Positions 18,260 through 28,126 are shown, counted from the stretch's first letter. The stretch: DNA of 64,000 nucleotides from Gammaproteobacteria bacterium (GCA_011682695.1 JAACED010000005.1:2488-66487), one strand, 5' to 3'. Made by a program: numbers and translations. The notes: a model not told the origin generated them from the letters alone.

Positions 18260-18826
18260 ATGCCGACGTTCACATGCCAGAACTGCGGGAACGCGTTCAC
18301 GCTTCCTCGACAAGTACTCGACCGATATCCAGGCTGGACACCGCCGCTGTGCCTCGACTGCCGTGACGCACGGAGCACATCGGAACCGGTTGCGAACGAC
18401 GTTGGTCCCCACACGGGTGTGTTCACCGATGGAAGCGCCTCACCGAACCCGGGACCTGGCGGCTGGGGCGCCGTCTACGTCGTCGACGACGAGATCATCG
18501 CCGAGGCATATGGGCACGCGGAGCACACCACGAACAATCGTATGGAACTCACCGCGGTGATCGCGGCACTCGATCTCGTTCCCGAAGGCACCCCCATGAC
18601 CATCTACTCGGATTCGAATCTGGTGGTGCGCACCATCAACGAGTGGGCAGCAGGGTGGGAGAAGCGTGGATGGAGGCGGAAGACGGGACCGGTCGAGAAT
18701 GTGGATCTGGTAAAGAAGGCGTACTACGGGTGGCGGCCCGAATTGACGTTGAAGTGGATCAAAGGGCACGCCGGGTACCGATGGAACGAGTACGCGGATG
18801 AACTCGCCAACCGGTGGCGGGACTGA
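18260..18826 (+). CDS. rnhA: Ribonuclease HI with N-terminal 4-Cys zinc-ribbon-like extension
   Basis: TDGSASPNPGPGGWG, NNRMELTAVI, IYSDSNLVV, KWIKGHAGYRWNEYADELA RNase H motifs. N-terminal CQNCG...CLDC. Confidence 0.8.
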   Translation: MPTFTCQNCGNAFTLPRQVLDRYPGWTPPLCLDCRDARSTSEPVANDVGPHTGVFTDGSASPNPGPGGWGAVYVVDDEIIAEAYGHAEHTTNNRMELTAVIAALDLVPEGTPMTIYSDSNLVVRTINEWAAGWEKRGWRRKTGPVENVDLVKKAYYGWRPELTLKWIKGHAGYRWNEYADELANRWRD

Positions 18827-18832
18827 AGAGCC

Positions 18833-19813
18833 CTACTCTCCCGGAAACGTCAGCCCGATCTGATCTCTGATCCGATCCAGGATGTGCATCACCGCCAGTG
18901 TGTCGTCGAGGCTCATCCGCGGGCTCTCCGTTGCTCCTTCCAGAAGGCAGCGGTGTACTTCTTCGACTTCGAATCGGTAACCCGATCCTTCGTGACTCGT
19001 GTCGATCGTCTCGACGACGCTTCCTCGACGTTCGATGGAGAGCATGGGGGAGTGGTGGAACGGAGCATGGACCCGGACATGTCCGTCGGGTCCGGAAACG
19101 AATGCTTCCATGCTCGAATCTGCCACGAAAGAGGTGCTCAGCGTGGACAAGCCTCCATTGCGATGATGGAGGACGATTCCGGCCTGTTCATCGATTCCTG
19201 CATCGGACATTTCGGCGGTCGCGGTGATGCGATCGGGGGCACCGAGCAGCATCATGGCGAAGGTCACCACGTAGACGCCGAGATCCATGATCGTTCCGCC
19301 GCCGAGTGAGCGGTCGAACAGACGGCCGCTGGGGTGAGGTCCTGCGAGGAATCCGAAGTTGGCCTGGACCGAGCGGACTTCCCCGAGGCGTCGTGAACGT
19401 ACGATGGCCTCGAGGCGGCTGATCGCCGGCTGAAACCGCATCCACATTGCCTCCATCAGAAACACATCTCGCTTTCGGGCGGCGGCGACCATCTCCTCGG
19501 CCTGCCGGTGGTTGAGGGCGAACGGCTTCTCGCAGAGAACCGGCTTTCCGTGTTCGAGGGCCGTCAGTGTGTTCGCGTGATGCAGTTCGTTGGTCGTGGC
19601 GACGTACACGACGTCGACATTCGGATCGCGAGCGACCTCCTCGTATGTGCCGTACCAACCGGGAATGTCGTGGAGATCGGCGAATGCTTTCGCTCGTTCT
19701 CTCGACGAGGAACCGATTGCGACGACTTCTCCGCCCGGTACTTGACGTATGGCCTCGACGAGCGAGGACGCGATGCGCCCTGCTCCCATGATGCCCCATC
19801 TCACATTCTTCAT
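18833..19813 (-). CDS. Gfo/Idh/MocA family oxidoreductase
   Basis: Start MKNVRWGIMGAGRIASS (Rossmann), EKP motif. The longer upstream extension in the track is antisense to the next gene. Confidence 0.8.
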   Translation of the reverse strand: MKNVRWGIMGAGRIASSLVEAIRQVPGGEVVAIGSSSRERAKAFADLHDIPGWYGTYEEVARDPNVDVVYVATTNELHHANTLTALEHGKPVLCEKPFALNHRQAEEMVAAARKRDVFLMEAMWMRFQPAISRLEAIVRSRRLGEVRSVQANFGFLAGPHPSGRLFDRSLGGGTIMDLGVYVVTFAMMLLGAPDRITATAEMSDAGIDEQAGIVLHHRNGGLSTLSTSFVADSSMEAFVSGPDGHVRVHAPFHHSPMLSIERRGSVVETIDTSHEGSGYRFEVEEVHRCLLEGATESPRMSLDDTLAVMHILDRIRDQIGLTFPGE

Positions 19814-19844
19814 GGCCCCGACATTACCTCGGTACAGTGGGCCC

Positions 19845-20279
19845 ATGAACGACCGGCCTGTCGTCGCGATCTCCGTTCCGCTCTTCGGCGACGAGCGCCG
19901 CAAGAACTGGGCGAAGGTGGTCGAGAGGGTGGATGAGGCCAAGAGTTCCGGCTGGGCGTTCGAGGGCGAGTTCATCGCAACCGGGGGAGTGCAAGACGTC
20001 CCTGTGGGTTCTGTGATCCTCGTGTACGGAGAGCGCGGATCCAGGGCACACCCGCAAGTCGAGGTGGGGGTGTTCACCGTCAACGCGGACGGAACGCTGT
20101 CGCGCCATGCCGGTGCAAAGGGACGGGCATGGGCTCGGACACTGAGAGATGACGTCATCGGGTTGCTCGAAGAGGCCGAAGGAAAACCGATCACACTTCT
20201 TCAGTGGTCGCCCGACCTGATTCGATATGAGGACGACGCTCTGCTCTCGGAGTTGCGCCGACGCGGCAGGGATGTCTGA
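19845..20279 (+). CDS. Hypothetical protein (144 aa)
   Basis: ORF with balanced composition starting at MNDRPVVAISVPLFG. No recognisable family. Confidence 0.45.
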   Translation: MNDRPVVAISVPLFGDERRKNWAKVVERVDEAKSSGWAFEGEFIATGGVQDVPVGSVILVYGERGSRAHPQVEVGVFTVNADGTLSRHAGAKGRAWARTLRDDVIGLLEEAEGKPITLLQWSPDLIRYEDDALLSELRRRGRDV

Positions 20280-20322
20280 GCGCCGGTGATGTGAGACTCC
20301 GGGGCCCGTCGGTAGACTCTCG

Positions 20323-20934
20323 GTGATGAGCGAACTGGCCCAGGCAATTGCCGCATTGCTCGCGATCACGAATCCGGTGGGTGCGCTGCCGGTGTTCATG
20401 AGTATCACCGAGGATTCCGACCGTCAGACACGTCGGCGGTACGCGGCCCTGGCTTCCGGTGTGGTGTTCGCAATCCTGGCTCTTTCGGCGATCGGAGGAC
20501 GATGGATGCTCGAGGCATTCGGGATTTCGATGCCCGCCTTTCAAGCGGCCGGCGGTCTCGTCATCGTCCTCATGGGCCTCGAGATGCTGCAAGGAAGTCC
20601 CACGCGCGTGCAGCATTCGGATCGTCCCATCAGCGAGGAGGACTCGATCCTGGTGCCGTTTGCGATGCCGATGGTTGCCGGTCCCGGGGCGATCACGACT
20701 GTTATCACGTTGACGGCCAAATCGGGGAGTCTCGCAGGTGACCTTACGGTGGTGCTTGCCGTCGCGATCACCGCGTTGATCCTGCTCCTGGTACTTGCTC
20801 TTTCGGCGTCGGCAGGACGATTCATTCGCGGCCGCGGCGGTGTCCTCGTTGTTCGGTTCATGGGCCTGATCCTCGTGGCGATTGGAGCTCAGTACCTCTT
20901 CGACGGTGTCAAGGGGTTCTTCTTCGCCACATGA
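20323..20934 (+). CDS. MarC family (UPF0056) integral membrane protein
   Basis: 203 aa, multi-TM, NPVGALPVF motif typical of MarC. Confidence 0.8.
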   Translation: MMSELAQAIAALLAITNPVGALPVFMSITEDSDRQTRRRYAALASGVVFAILALSAIGGRWMLEAFGISMPAFQAAGGLVIVLMGLEMLQGSPTRVQHSDRPISEEDSILVPFAMPMVAGPGAITTVITLTAKSGSLAGDLTVVLAVAITALILLLVLALSASAGRFIRGRGGVLVVRFMGLILVAIGAQYLFDGVKGFFFAT

Positions 20935-21014
20935 GAGTCGGCCCGTTCGACGCGCGCCATCTCCGGCCGGCGGTAGGGTTGGGACTGTCGACCCCGTAGG
21001 CTCGGGGCGGGGAG

Positions 21015-21503
21015 GTGCCGATGAAGAAGCTGTTCAAGATCCTGCTCTGGATGATCACAGTGAGTGCCGCCATAAAAGCGATGGCGGTCGCGCTTACGAA
21101 GATCATCGGTGAGAACACCGACAAGGAAGCCGACGAGTTCAAACTCGTGGCGCTCATGGGCGGCCGCAACTACGAGAGCGTCTCCTCACACCTTCGCTCT
21201 GGTCGGGTGATCGCCGCCATGGGAGGTGTCGACATCGACCTTCGCCAAGCTCATCTCGATCCGGAAGGGGCAAGGCTCAACCTGCGAGTTCTCGCCGGTG
21301 GAGCACGTGTCTTGGTCTGCGAGAGTTGGCGGGTCGAAGTCGACCATCGGGTGATCGGCGGCGCGGCCCAGATCGAGATCCCCGACCCGGAGACACTGCC
21401 CGACGGCGCGCCGATCCTGCACATCGACGCGTTGACGGTCGGTGGAGGACTCGTGATCGCCAACGCCGAGTCGGAATCCCACGTCGTCCGGTCGTCGACG
21501 TAA
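21015..21503 (+). CDS. Hypothetical membrane-anchored protein, possibly LiaF/toastrack-like C-terminal domain
   Basis: N-terminal TM (KILLWMITVSAAI). C-terminal repetitive G-x-V beta-pattern. Weak assignment. Confidence 0.45.
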   Translation: MPMKKLFKILLWMITVSAAIKAMAVALTKIIGENTDKEADEFKLVALMGGRNYESVSSHLRSGRVIAAMGGVDIDLRQAHLDPEGARLNLRVLAGGARVLVCESWRVEVDHRVIGGAAQIEIPDPETLPDGAPILHIDALTVGGGLVIANAESESHVVRSST

Positions 21504-21575
21504 TCGGATTGGCCGGCCGTGTCCGGGCCCCACGCTCTCTGACTACGGTGATGCCGGCGAACGAGGAGGAAGCCA

Positions 21576-22538
21576 GTGCATGCCATTCGTCTTGCGATGC
21601 ATGGAGGTCCTGAGGTCTTGTGCTGGGAGGAGGTTCCCGACCTCCAACCCGGTGACGGTCAGGTTCGCGTTCGGGTCGCAGCTGCGGGCGTGAACTACAT
21701 CGACACGTACCACCGGCGCGGCCTGTATCCGGTGGATCTGCCGTTTGTTCCCGGTCTCGAAGGAGCGGGCGTGGTCGACGCCGTCGGCGGCGGGGTTCGG
21801 CGCTGGAAGGTCGGCGATCGTGTTGCCTGGACTTCGGCCCAGGGGTCCTATGCGGAGCAGACACTCGTTGCAGCCGATCAGGCCGTGGCCGTACCCGAAG
21901 GCATCAATCTGGAGATCGCTGCGGCGGCCATGCTTCAAGGCATGACGGCGCACTACCTCGTTCATGACACCTACCCGCTCCGGCAAGGCGAGTTGTGTCT
22001 CGTTCACGCCGGTGCAGGCGGCGTGGGGAGGCTGCTCATCCAGATGGCTGTGCAGGCAGGGGCACGAGTGTTCGCCACGGCCGGAACCCCGGAGAAGCGA
22101 CAAATCGCCGAGTCCCTCGGTTCCGAGGTCGCCTGCGACTACTCGGAGTTCGTCGATGTCATCGAGGAGGCGGCCGGTCAGAGGCCGCTCCACGTCATCT
22201 ACGACGGTGTCGGCAAGACCACGTTCTTCGATGGCCTCGCCCTGACGCGTATCCGAGGCATGGTCGTTCTCTATGGGCAGTCGTCGGGTCCCGTCGAACC
22301 GCTCGATCTGCAGGAGCTGAACCGCAACGGGTCTCTGTACGTGACACGGCCAAGCTTGTTCCACTACATCGCAACGCCCGGCGAGCTGGAACACAGATCA
22401 GGCGAGGTCTTTCGTGGAATCTTGGACGGATGGCTGGATGTCACCGTCAGCCAACGGTTTGCCATGTCCGATGCGTCGGCGGCACATCTCGCCCTCGAGG
22501 GTCGGCGTACGACGGGAAAGGTCCTGCTGATTCCCTGA
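21576..22538 (+). CDS. qor: NADPH:quinone oxidoreductase (zinc-independent MDR family)
   Basis: 320 aa; GVNYIDTYHRRGLYP, AGAGGVG Rossmann; classic Qor. Confidence 0.85.
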   Translation: MHAIRLAMHGGPEVLCWEEVPDLQPGDGQVRVRVAAAGVNYIDTYHRRGLYPVDLPFVPGLEGAGVVDAVGGGVRRWKVGDRVAWTSAQGSYAEQTLVAADQAVAVPEGINLEIAAAAMLQGMTAHYLVHDTYPLRQGELCLVHAGAGGVGRLLIQMAVQAGARVFATAGTPEKRQIAESLGSEVACDYSEFVDVIEEAAGQRPLHVIYDGVGKTTFFDGLALTRIRGMVVLYGQSSGPVEPLDLQELNRNGSLYVTRPSLFHYIATPGELEHRSGEVFRGILDGWLDVTVSQRFAMSDASAAHLALEGRRTTGKVLLIP

Positions 22539-22568
22539 GAGCATCAGATAGGGCGTAATCTTTCGGGT

Positions 22569-23648
22569 ATGGATCTCGGGCCCGCATGGTCGATCGCTCC
22601 GACCAAGTTCTGGCATGCGATCGACGACGGTCGCATCCAGTGCGATCTGTGTCCTCGCGAGTGCAAGCTGCGGGAGGGACAGCGCGGCCTGTGTTTCACG
22701 CGGGCGAGGCGCGATGACGAAATCGTGCTCACGTCCTATGGTCGATCGACCGGTTTCTGGGTGGATCCGATCGAGAAGAAGCCTCTGAATCACTTTCTGC
22801 CGGGAACCTCGGTGCTGTCGTTTGGGACGGCAGGCTGCAACTTGGCCTGCCGATACTGTCAGAACTGGGACATCTCCAAAGCGCGCGGCGATGACGTCTT
22901 GGCACAGCGCTCGTCGCCGCGAAGGATCGCCGACGAGGCGAAACGGCTCGGCTGCGCCGGCGTTGCGTTCACCTACAACGACCCGGTCATCTTTCACGAG
23001 TACGCGATCGACACGGCAGACGCGGCCCATGGCGCAGGTCTCGAGACCGTCGCCGTGACGGCCGGATACGTCAATCCGGAACCGCGTGCGGAGTTCTTCG
23101 AGGTGATGGACGCCGCCAACGTGGACCTGAAAGCATTCACCGATGAGTTCTATCACCGGTACTGCGCGGGCAGCCTTCAGCCGGTCCTGGACACGCTGCT
23201 GTACGTCCGTCATGAGACCGATGTGTGGTTGGAGATCACCACGCTGTTGATCCCGGGCCTGAACGACTCCGACGCAGAGATCGACGAGATGACGCGCTGG
23301 ATCGCCGACAATCTCGGCCTGGACGTTCCCCATCACTTCACCGCGTTCCATCCGGCATTCAAGATGTTGGATGTGCCGCAAACCCGGTTCGCGGCACTCA
23401 AACGCGCCAGAGAGATCGCCATGGGCAACGGGCTGCAGTACGTCTACACGGGGAACATCCCCGATGAGGAGACCCAGAGCACGTGGTGCCCCACCTGCGG
23501 CACGAAACTGATCGGTCGATCCGGCTACTCGATCACCGCATGGAACATCGATCAAGGGCGCTGTGGATCCTGTGGCTCGGCGGTCCCCGGAGTGTTCGAG
23601 GACCGGCCGGGTTCCTGGGGCCCGAGACGACATCCGGTGGCGTGGTAG
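22569..23648 (+). CDS. AmmeMemoRadiSam-system-type radical SAM enzyme
   Basis: N-terminal IQCDLCPRECKL extra Cys cluster, canonical CNLACRYC (Cx3Cx2C), C-terminal CPTCG...CGSCG ribbon. Matches the AmrS-like family. Confidence 0.7.
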   Translation: MDLGPAWSIAPTKFWHAIDDGRIQCDLCPRECKLREGQRGLCFTRARRDDEIVLTSYGRSTGFWVDPIEKKPLNHFLPGTSVLSFGTAGCNLACRYCQNWDISKARGDDVLAQRSSPRRIADEAKRLGCAGVAFTYNDPVIFHEYAIDTADAAHGAGLETVAVTAGYVNPEPRAEFFEVMDAANVDLKAFTDEFYHRYCAGSLQPVLDTLLYVRHETDVWLEITTLLIPGLNDSDAEIDEMTRWIADNLGLDVPHHFTAFHPAFKMLDVPQTRFAALKRAREIAMGNGLQYVYTGNIPDEETQSTWCPTCGTKLIGRSGYSITAWNIDQGRCGSCGSAVPGVFEDRPGSWGPRRHPVAW

Positions 23649-23691
23649 GTTCGGTCAGGTTCCGAGGGTCCGACACGGTACGCTGCGGCCC

Positions 23692-24297
23692 ATGATCGAG
23701 ATTCTCGGCTATATCGCTTCATGCCTCGTCGTACTCTCCTTGGCGATGACGTCCGTCGTGCGACTGCGCGTCATCAGCCTGATCGGCGCGGTGCTGTTCG
23801 GCATCTACGCCGTTCTGATCGGTGCCGTTCCCATCGTCCTGGTGAACGCGGCCGTCATCGTCATCAACGTCTATTACCTCTGGAAGGCCTTCACCGACGA
23901 GGAGTACTTCACGATCCTGGAGGTCCGACCGGAGTCGTTGTACGTCGCCGGTCTGGTCGACTTCTACCGTGACGACATCGCACGGTTCCAGCCGTCGTTC
24001 CGGCTCGCGCCGAATTCCGACCAGTTCGCCGTGTTGATTCTGCGGGACATGGTTCCCGCAGGCATCTTCATCGGAGAACCTGAGAGTCCAGGCGTCATGC
24101 GGGTCCTGCTCGACTACGTGACGCCGGCGCACCGGGATCTGAAAGCGGGACGATTCCTCTTCGATCGGAACCCGGACCTCTTCCGAGACCGTGGATACAC
24201 GACGCTGGTGAGTGACGGTGGCAGCGCGTCGCACAACCGGTATCTCGAGCGCATGGGGTTTCGGCTGGAGCGTGGCCGGTACGTACGTGAGTTCTGA
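23692..24297 (+). CDS. Hypothetical protein: YgjV-like small membrane domain plus C-terminal GNAT-like region
   Basis: Three predicted TM segments at the N-terminus. The C-terminus ends NRYLERMGFRLE (GNAT-like motif). Weak. Confidence 0.45.
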   Translation: MIEILGYIASCLVVLSLAMTSVVRLRVISLIGAVLFGIYAVLIGAVPIVLVNAAVIVINVYYLWKAFTDEEYFTILEVRPESLYVAGLVDFYRDDIARFQPSFRLAPNSDQFAVLILRDMVPAGIFIGEPESPGVMRVLLDYVTPAHRDLKAGRFLFDRNPDLFRDRGYTTLVSDGGSASHNRYLERMGFRLERGRYVREF

Positions 24298-24789
24298 TCA
24301 AAGGTCGATGATCGTCGGCTGATGCCCGGTCGCTTCGAGGAACTTGAGGAGGTCCGCTGAGGCAATGCTCGTGGTCATCGTGTTGTCCAATGGATGGAAG
24401 TTGAGCGGGTCCAGCGCCATGAGACCGCGGTCGAGGACCACCTGCACGGCGCCCTCGGCATCGTTGAGGACCGCAAATGGCGTGACTGCACCCGGTATGA
24501 CCCCGAGGGTTCGCATGAGTCGGTCGGGGCTTCCGAAGGAGAACCGTCCTGCCCCCAGTCGCCCGGCGAGGTCCTTCAGATCGATCGGACGATCCTCCTT
24601 GGCGACGACGAGCCACATCTTGCCTTTCTTGTTGCGCAGGAAAAGGCTCTTCGAATGGCCTCCTGGCAGGTTGCCGCGTTCGGAGCGAGCCTCCTCGACG
24701 GTGAACACGGCCCCGTGATTGGCGGTTTCGGTCGGGATGCCGAGGTTCTCGAGGAACTGGAAGAGATCATCTGGTGTGGCGGGATGCAT
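24298..24789 (-). CDS. YbaK/ProX-type aminoacyl-tRNA deacylase
   Basis: 163 aa with HSKSLFL and GAVTPF motifs typical of YbaK/ProX editing domains. Confidence 0.7.
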   Translation of the reverse strand: MHPATPDDLFQFLENLGIPTETANHGAVFTVEEARSERGNLPGGHSKSLFLRNKKGKMWLVVAKEDRPIDLKDLAGRLGAGRFSFGSPDRLMRTLGVIPGAVTPFAVLNDAEGAVQVVLDRGLMALDPLNFHPLDNTMTTSIASADLLKFLEATGHQPTIIDL

Positions 24790-24841
24790 GTCGGCATCCT
24801 AGGAGGGACACCGCCGGCGGCGTTCCGATAGGCTGGCACAT

Positions 24842-25438
24842 ATGAAGTATCCCGAACGTCTTCTCAGCAGCGGCGAACGTGTGGAACTCGCGTTCCGTCC
24901 CCATTGGAAACAGCTCATCTGGCCGGTCTTCGTGTCGGTGATCGCCCTCGTCGGCGTCGTCGTCATCGCCGCACTTGCCGAGGGCATGTGGATGTGGGTC
25001 AGTCTTGCCGCCGTGGTCGTAATCTGGCTCGTGCTGTTCACACCCTCGTTTACGCGGTGGTTCTTTACCCACTACATCATCACGAACGAACGCCTGATCG
25101 TTCGCCGCGGCATGCTTGCCCGGCGCGGCAAAGAGATACCGCTCGAGGTGATGAACGACGCGGCCTTCAGCCAGACGGCCTGGGAACGGCTGTTGCGATC
25201 CGGTGACCTCATCATCGAATCGGCGGGAGAGCAAGGCCAGAGTCATTTCAGCGATATTCCCGACCCGGAAGGGATTCAGTCTGAGATCTACCGACTGCGG
25301 GAAGATCGGATGATCGCACTTCAGGGTGGATCCGGACCGGTCGAACATCTCGAGATGCTGGCCAGATTGCACAGGGACGGAGTCCTCAGTGACGAGGAGT
25401 TCGCCGAGAAGAGAAACAAGCTCCTCGGTCAGATCTAG
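24842..25438 (+). CDS. Membrane protein with bacterial PH (YdbS/bPH_2) domain and C-terminal SHOCT motif
   Basis: Two TM helices flanking a PH-like region. C-terminus LEMLARLHRDGVLSDEEFAEKRNKLL equals SHOCT. Confidence 0.65.
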   Translation: MKYPERLLSSGERVELAFRPHWKQLIWPVFVSVIALVGVVVIAALAEGMWMWVSLAAVVVIWLVLFTPSFTRWFFTHYIITNERLIVRRGMLARRGKEIPLEVMNDAAFSQTAWERLLRSGDLIIESAGEQGQSHFSDIPDPEGIQSEIYRLREDRMIALQGGSGPVEHLEMLARLHRDGVLSDEEFAEKRNKLLGQI

Positions 25439-25458
25439 TGCCTCGACCGGCAACCTTT

Positions 25459-25500
25459 GCGGCGTTCTACCGGCCAGGAACGCCGCTTGCTGCGTTCTCC
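25459..25500 (+). terminator. Intrinsic-terminator-like hairpin after the PH-SHOCT gene
   Basis: GCGGCGTTC-N10-GAACGCCGC (9-bp stem) followed by TTGCTGCGTTCT. Confidence 0.4.
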
Positions 25501-25666
25501 GCCTCGACGCACCTGCCGGTGCGCCTTCGTTGTGCGGCCTTGCCATCGACGTTCCTGCCTCGGCATCGACCCCCCGAACGTTACCGGCCAAGGCACTAGC
25601 GGTTCCGTATCCGACTTTACGTCGGCGTTTCGCGCTCGTAGCGTGTTAGAGGTCATAAGAGGTGAG

Positions 25667-25777
25667 ATGGATCCACGAGAGCCGCAGAGTCAAGTCGTTC
25701 CGATCATTCTCATCGTCCTTACCATCGCAGCAGTCTCCCTCGTCGGGATTGTGCTGTATGTGATCATCACGTCGTAG
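25667..25777 (+). CDS. Small single-TM peptide (36 aa)
   Basis: Strong SD AAGAGGTGA 5 nt upstream of ATG. Encodes MDPREPQSQVVPIILIVLTIAAVSLVGIVLYVIITS. Ends 12 nt before the next membrane-protein gene. Confidence 0.35.
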   Translation: MDPREPQSQVVPIILIVLTIAAVSLVGIVLYVIITS

Positions 25778-25789
25778 GAGTCTCCCCCC

Positions 25790-26494
25790 ATGCAGGAACT
25801 GTTGAGCGCGTATCTACCGGCCGCAGCATCGGTCATCTCGTTCGTCTTCGCCTCAATGGTGCTTCGTAGGTGGCTGGATCGAAGGCAGCCCTACATGTTG
25901 TTGTGGGGCATCGGATTCCTCATGTACGGCATGGGTGGAGCGATGGAGGCGATCTTCGGCTTCGTCGGCTGGAGTCCGCTCGTGTTTCGATTGTGGTACC
26001 TCTTCGGTGCGATCCTCGTCGCCGCATGGCTCGGTCAGGGTACGGTCTACCTGCTGGTGCATCGGCGCTTTGGGAGAGTGAAACTGGCCGACATTCTGAT
26101 GGTGATCCTGGCGCTGGGTTCGTTGTACGCGCTGGTCAAGGTTGCCGGGGCGCAACTCGACCCGAGCCAGATGCTCGAAGGGGAACTGAGCGGACACGCC
26201 ATCGTCAGCCCCGGTGTCCGTGTACTGACACCGTTCTTCAATCTCTACGGTGTGATCATGCTTGTCGGGGGAGCGATCTACTCGGCGTATTACTTCTGGA
26301 GAACGAGAGCTGCGGCGAACCGGATGGTTGGGAACATCTTCATCGCGATCGGGGCCATGATGCCGGCATTCGGTGGTGCAGCACAGCGCTTTGGCATACC
26401 GGTGGCTTTGTATGTCGGTGAGTTCCTGGGGGCGATCCTGATGTTCATCGGCTACCTGTACTCCTCGCGGTCCCAAACGTCCCGGGTGATGTAG
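25790..26494 (+). CDS. Integral membrane protein (6-7 TM), unknown function
   Basis: 234 aa, highly hydrophobic with regular TM spacing. Confidence 0.6.
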   Translation: MQELLSAYLPAAASVISFVFASMVLRRWLDRRQPYMLLWGIGFLMYGMGGAMEAIFGFVGWSPLVFRLWYLFGAILVAAWLGQGTVYLLVHRRFGRVKLADILMVILALGSLYALVKVAGAQLDPSQMLEGELSGHAIVSPGVRVLTPFFNLYGVIMLVGGAIYSAYYFWRTRAAANRMVGNIFIAIGAMMPAFGGAAQRFGIPVALYVGEFLGAILMFIGYLYSSRSQTSRVM

Positions 26495-26542
26495 CGGCCA
26501 AGGGCCCCGTTTCGAACTGATGGTTCCCGTGCCCGGGCCGGT

Positions 26543-27073
26543 TCAGGAAGTGCTTTTGACGAAGCGCCGGGCGGCAGAGGACAGATCGGCAATTCCTTCG
26601 AAGAAGCCCGGAATCGAATCGTGGATGAACCGATGCCAGTTCAGCGTGGCGATGATCAGGATGACGACTGGTGGGAGCCACCAACCGTTGATCGACTGCG
26701 AGTACGCCAGCCACATGAACAGGCCGTAGGCGGTCGCCTGGAGCACGGACGAGAGTGAATTGTTCCCCAGTGCGATCCAGCCTCCACCGAGCACAACGAC
26801 GACGAGTAACCCGACTCCCCAGCTCACATAGCCTCCGAGGGCCAGACCGATCATCAGGCCGGCACCGACAAACGTGTCGACTTGGAGATCCCATTGACCG
26901 AGATGTGTGGGCCGCGAAGCGGCACGGGCACTCTTGCCGTCGAAGAAATCGGTCAGCCAGGCCGTGGCGAGAAGTGCGGCGGCAGTCTCGAGCCGACCCT
27001 GTCCAACCATCGCCACCAAGAGCAAGGCGATGAGCGCTCGCAATCCGGTCAGCACATCTGCCAACACCGCCAT
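26543..27073 (-). CDS. CDP-alcohol phosphatidyltransferase family protein
   Basis: DFFDGKSAR (D-x2-DG-x2-AR) signature, multi-TM. Confidence 0.75.
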   Translation of the reverse strand: MAVLADVLTGLRALIALLLVAMVGQGRLETAAALLATAWLTDFFDGKSARAASRPTHLGQWDLQVDTFVGAGLMIGLALGGYVSWGVGLLVVVVLGGGWIALGNNSLSSVLQATAYGLFMWLAYSQSINGWWLPPVVILIIATLNWHRFIHDSIPGFFEGIADLSSAARRFVKSTS

Positions 27074-27109
27074 ACTTCATTCTGGCAGATCGCCCTGTTC
27101 GCGGTTGGC

Positions 27110-27967
27110 CTAGCTCTCCTGATCTCCGAAGGGGTTCTCCGTGTTCTCTCGTAGGAAACGTTCCACTTCCGAAGCAATCTCTTCACCACTCGGAATCGTT
27201 TGCTGCTCCGCCACCAACTCTTCGAGGCGTTGGAGGTAGGCAACCGCCTCCGGCTTGTCGGCGACGGTCGCGTCGAGTTCCCGGCGCTGTTCCGTCGCAT
27301 CGTCGACGAGGTCACCCAACGGCAGCTCGATGCCGAGGTGCCGGGCGGCACGCTCGATGACGGCGATCGTTCCGGCATGGTACGGTGCCGCCACGTAGTG
27401 CGGAATCTGTGCCCAGAAGCCGACGGCCGGGATTCCTCTGCCAGTGACGGCTTGCTCCACGATGTTCACGGCGGCGCCAGGGACTTTGAGGATGCCTTGC
27501 GGCAGTTGCTCGTCATCGGGAATGAGATTCTTCCGAGAGGCCGTCGTGAGGATCCGCACGGGGCGGGTGTGGGGGACCGCTGCCGGTACGCCTCCGAGAG
27601 AGACCATTTCGACAACGCCAAGTGACTCTGCGATCTCGGCGATCGACGTACTCAGTGCTTTCCATCGAAAATCCGGCTCATTGCCACTCAGGACGAGCAG
27701 GTCGCGTTCGTGTCGGACGTGTGTCAGTGTGATCTCGGGCCAGCGAACCGATTGCATCACTCCTTCGACGAACTCGATGTCGGGACGCGATGAGCGATAG
27801 TCGAACAAGGCGTCGCCGTCGAAGGTCGCCAGCCGCCTGCCGTCGTGTGCGATCGACATCGCCGCCCGGGTACCGACGGAACCTGCGTTCACCCAGCCGT
27901 CGAAGGCAGCGATGAGTGCCGGAGCAACCAGGTCGGGGATGTCGTCGACCAGTTTGTACAGTGCCAT
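27110..27967 (-). CDS. PAC2 (proteasome assembly chaperone 2-like) family protein
   Basis: 285 aa, similarity to actinobacterial PAC2-family proteins (NAGSVGT..., LSGNEPDFRW). Confidence 0.65.
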   Translation of the reverse strand: MALYKLVDDIPDLVAPALIAAFDGWVNAGSVGTRAAMSIAHDGRRLATFDGDALFDYRSSRPDIEFVEGVMQSVRWPEITLTHVRHERDLLVLSGNEPDFRWKALSTSIAEIAESLGVVEMVSLGGVPAAVPHTRPVRILTTASRKNLIPDDEQLPQGILKVPGAAVNIVEQAVTGRGIPAVGFWAQIPHYVAAPYHAGTIAVIERAARHLGIELPLGDLVDDATEQRRELDATVADKPEAVAYLQRLEELVAEQQTIPSGEEIASEVERFLRENTENPFGDQES

Positions 27968-28126
27968 ACGATCCTCAGCGTACTTCAGCGTCCGGCATGT
28001 GCCGCGAATCGGAGAATGGTGGCCGCCCGTACGGCCTTTGCCAGGGTTCGAGGAACCTTGCGTTCCTCGTGGGACGTCTTACTGTGGTACACCGGGCCAG
28101 TTCCGGATGACGATCAGGAGTGGGAC

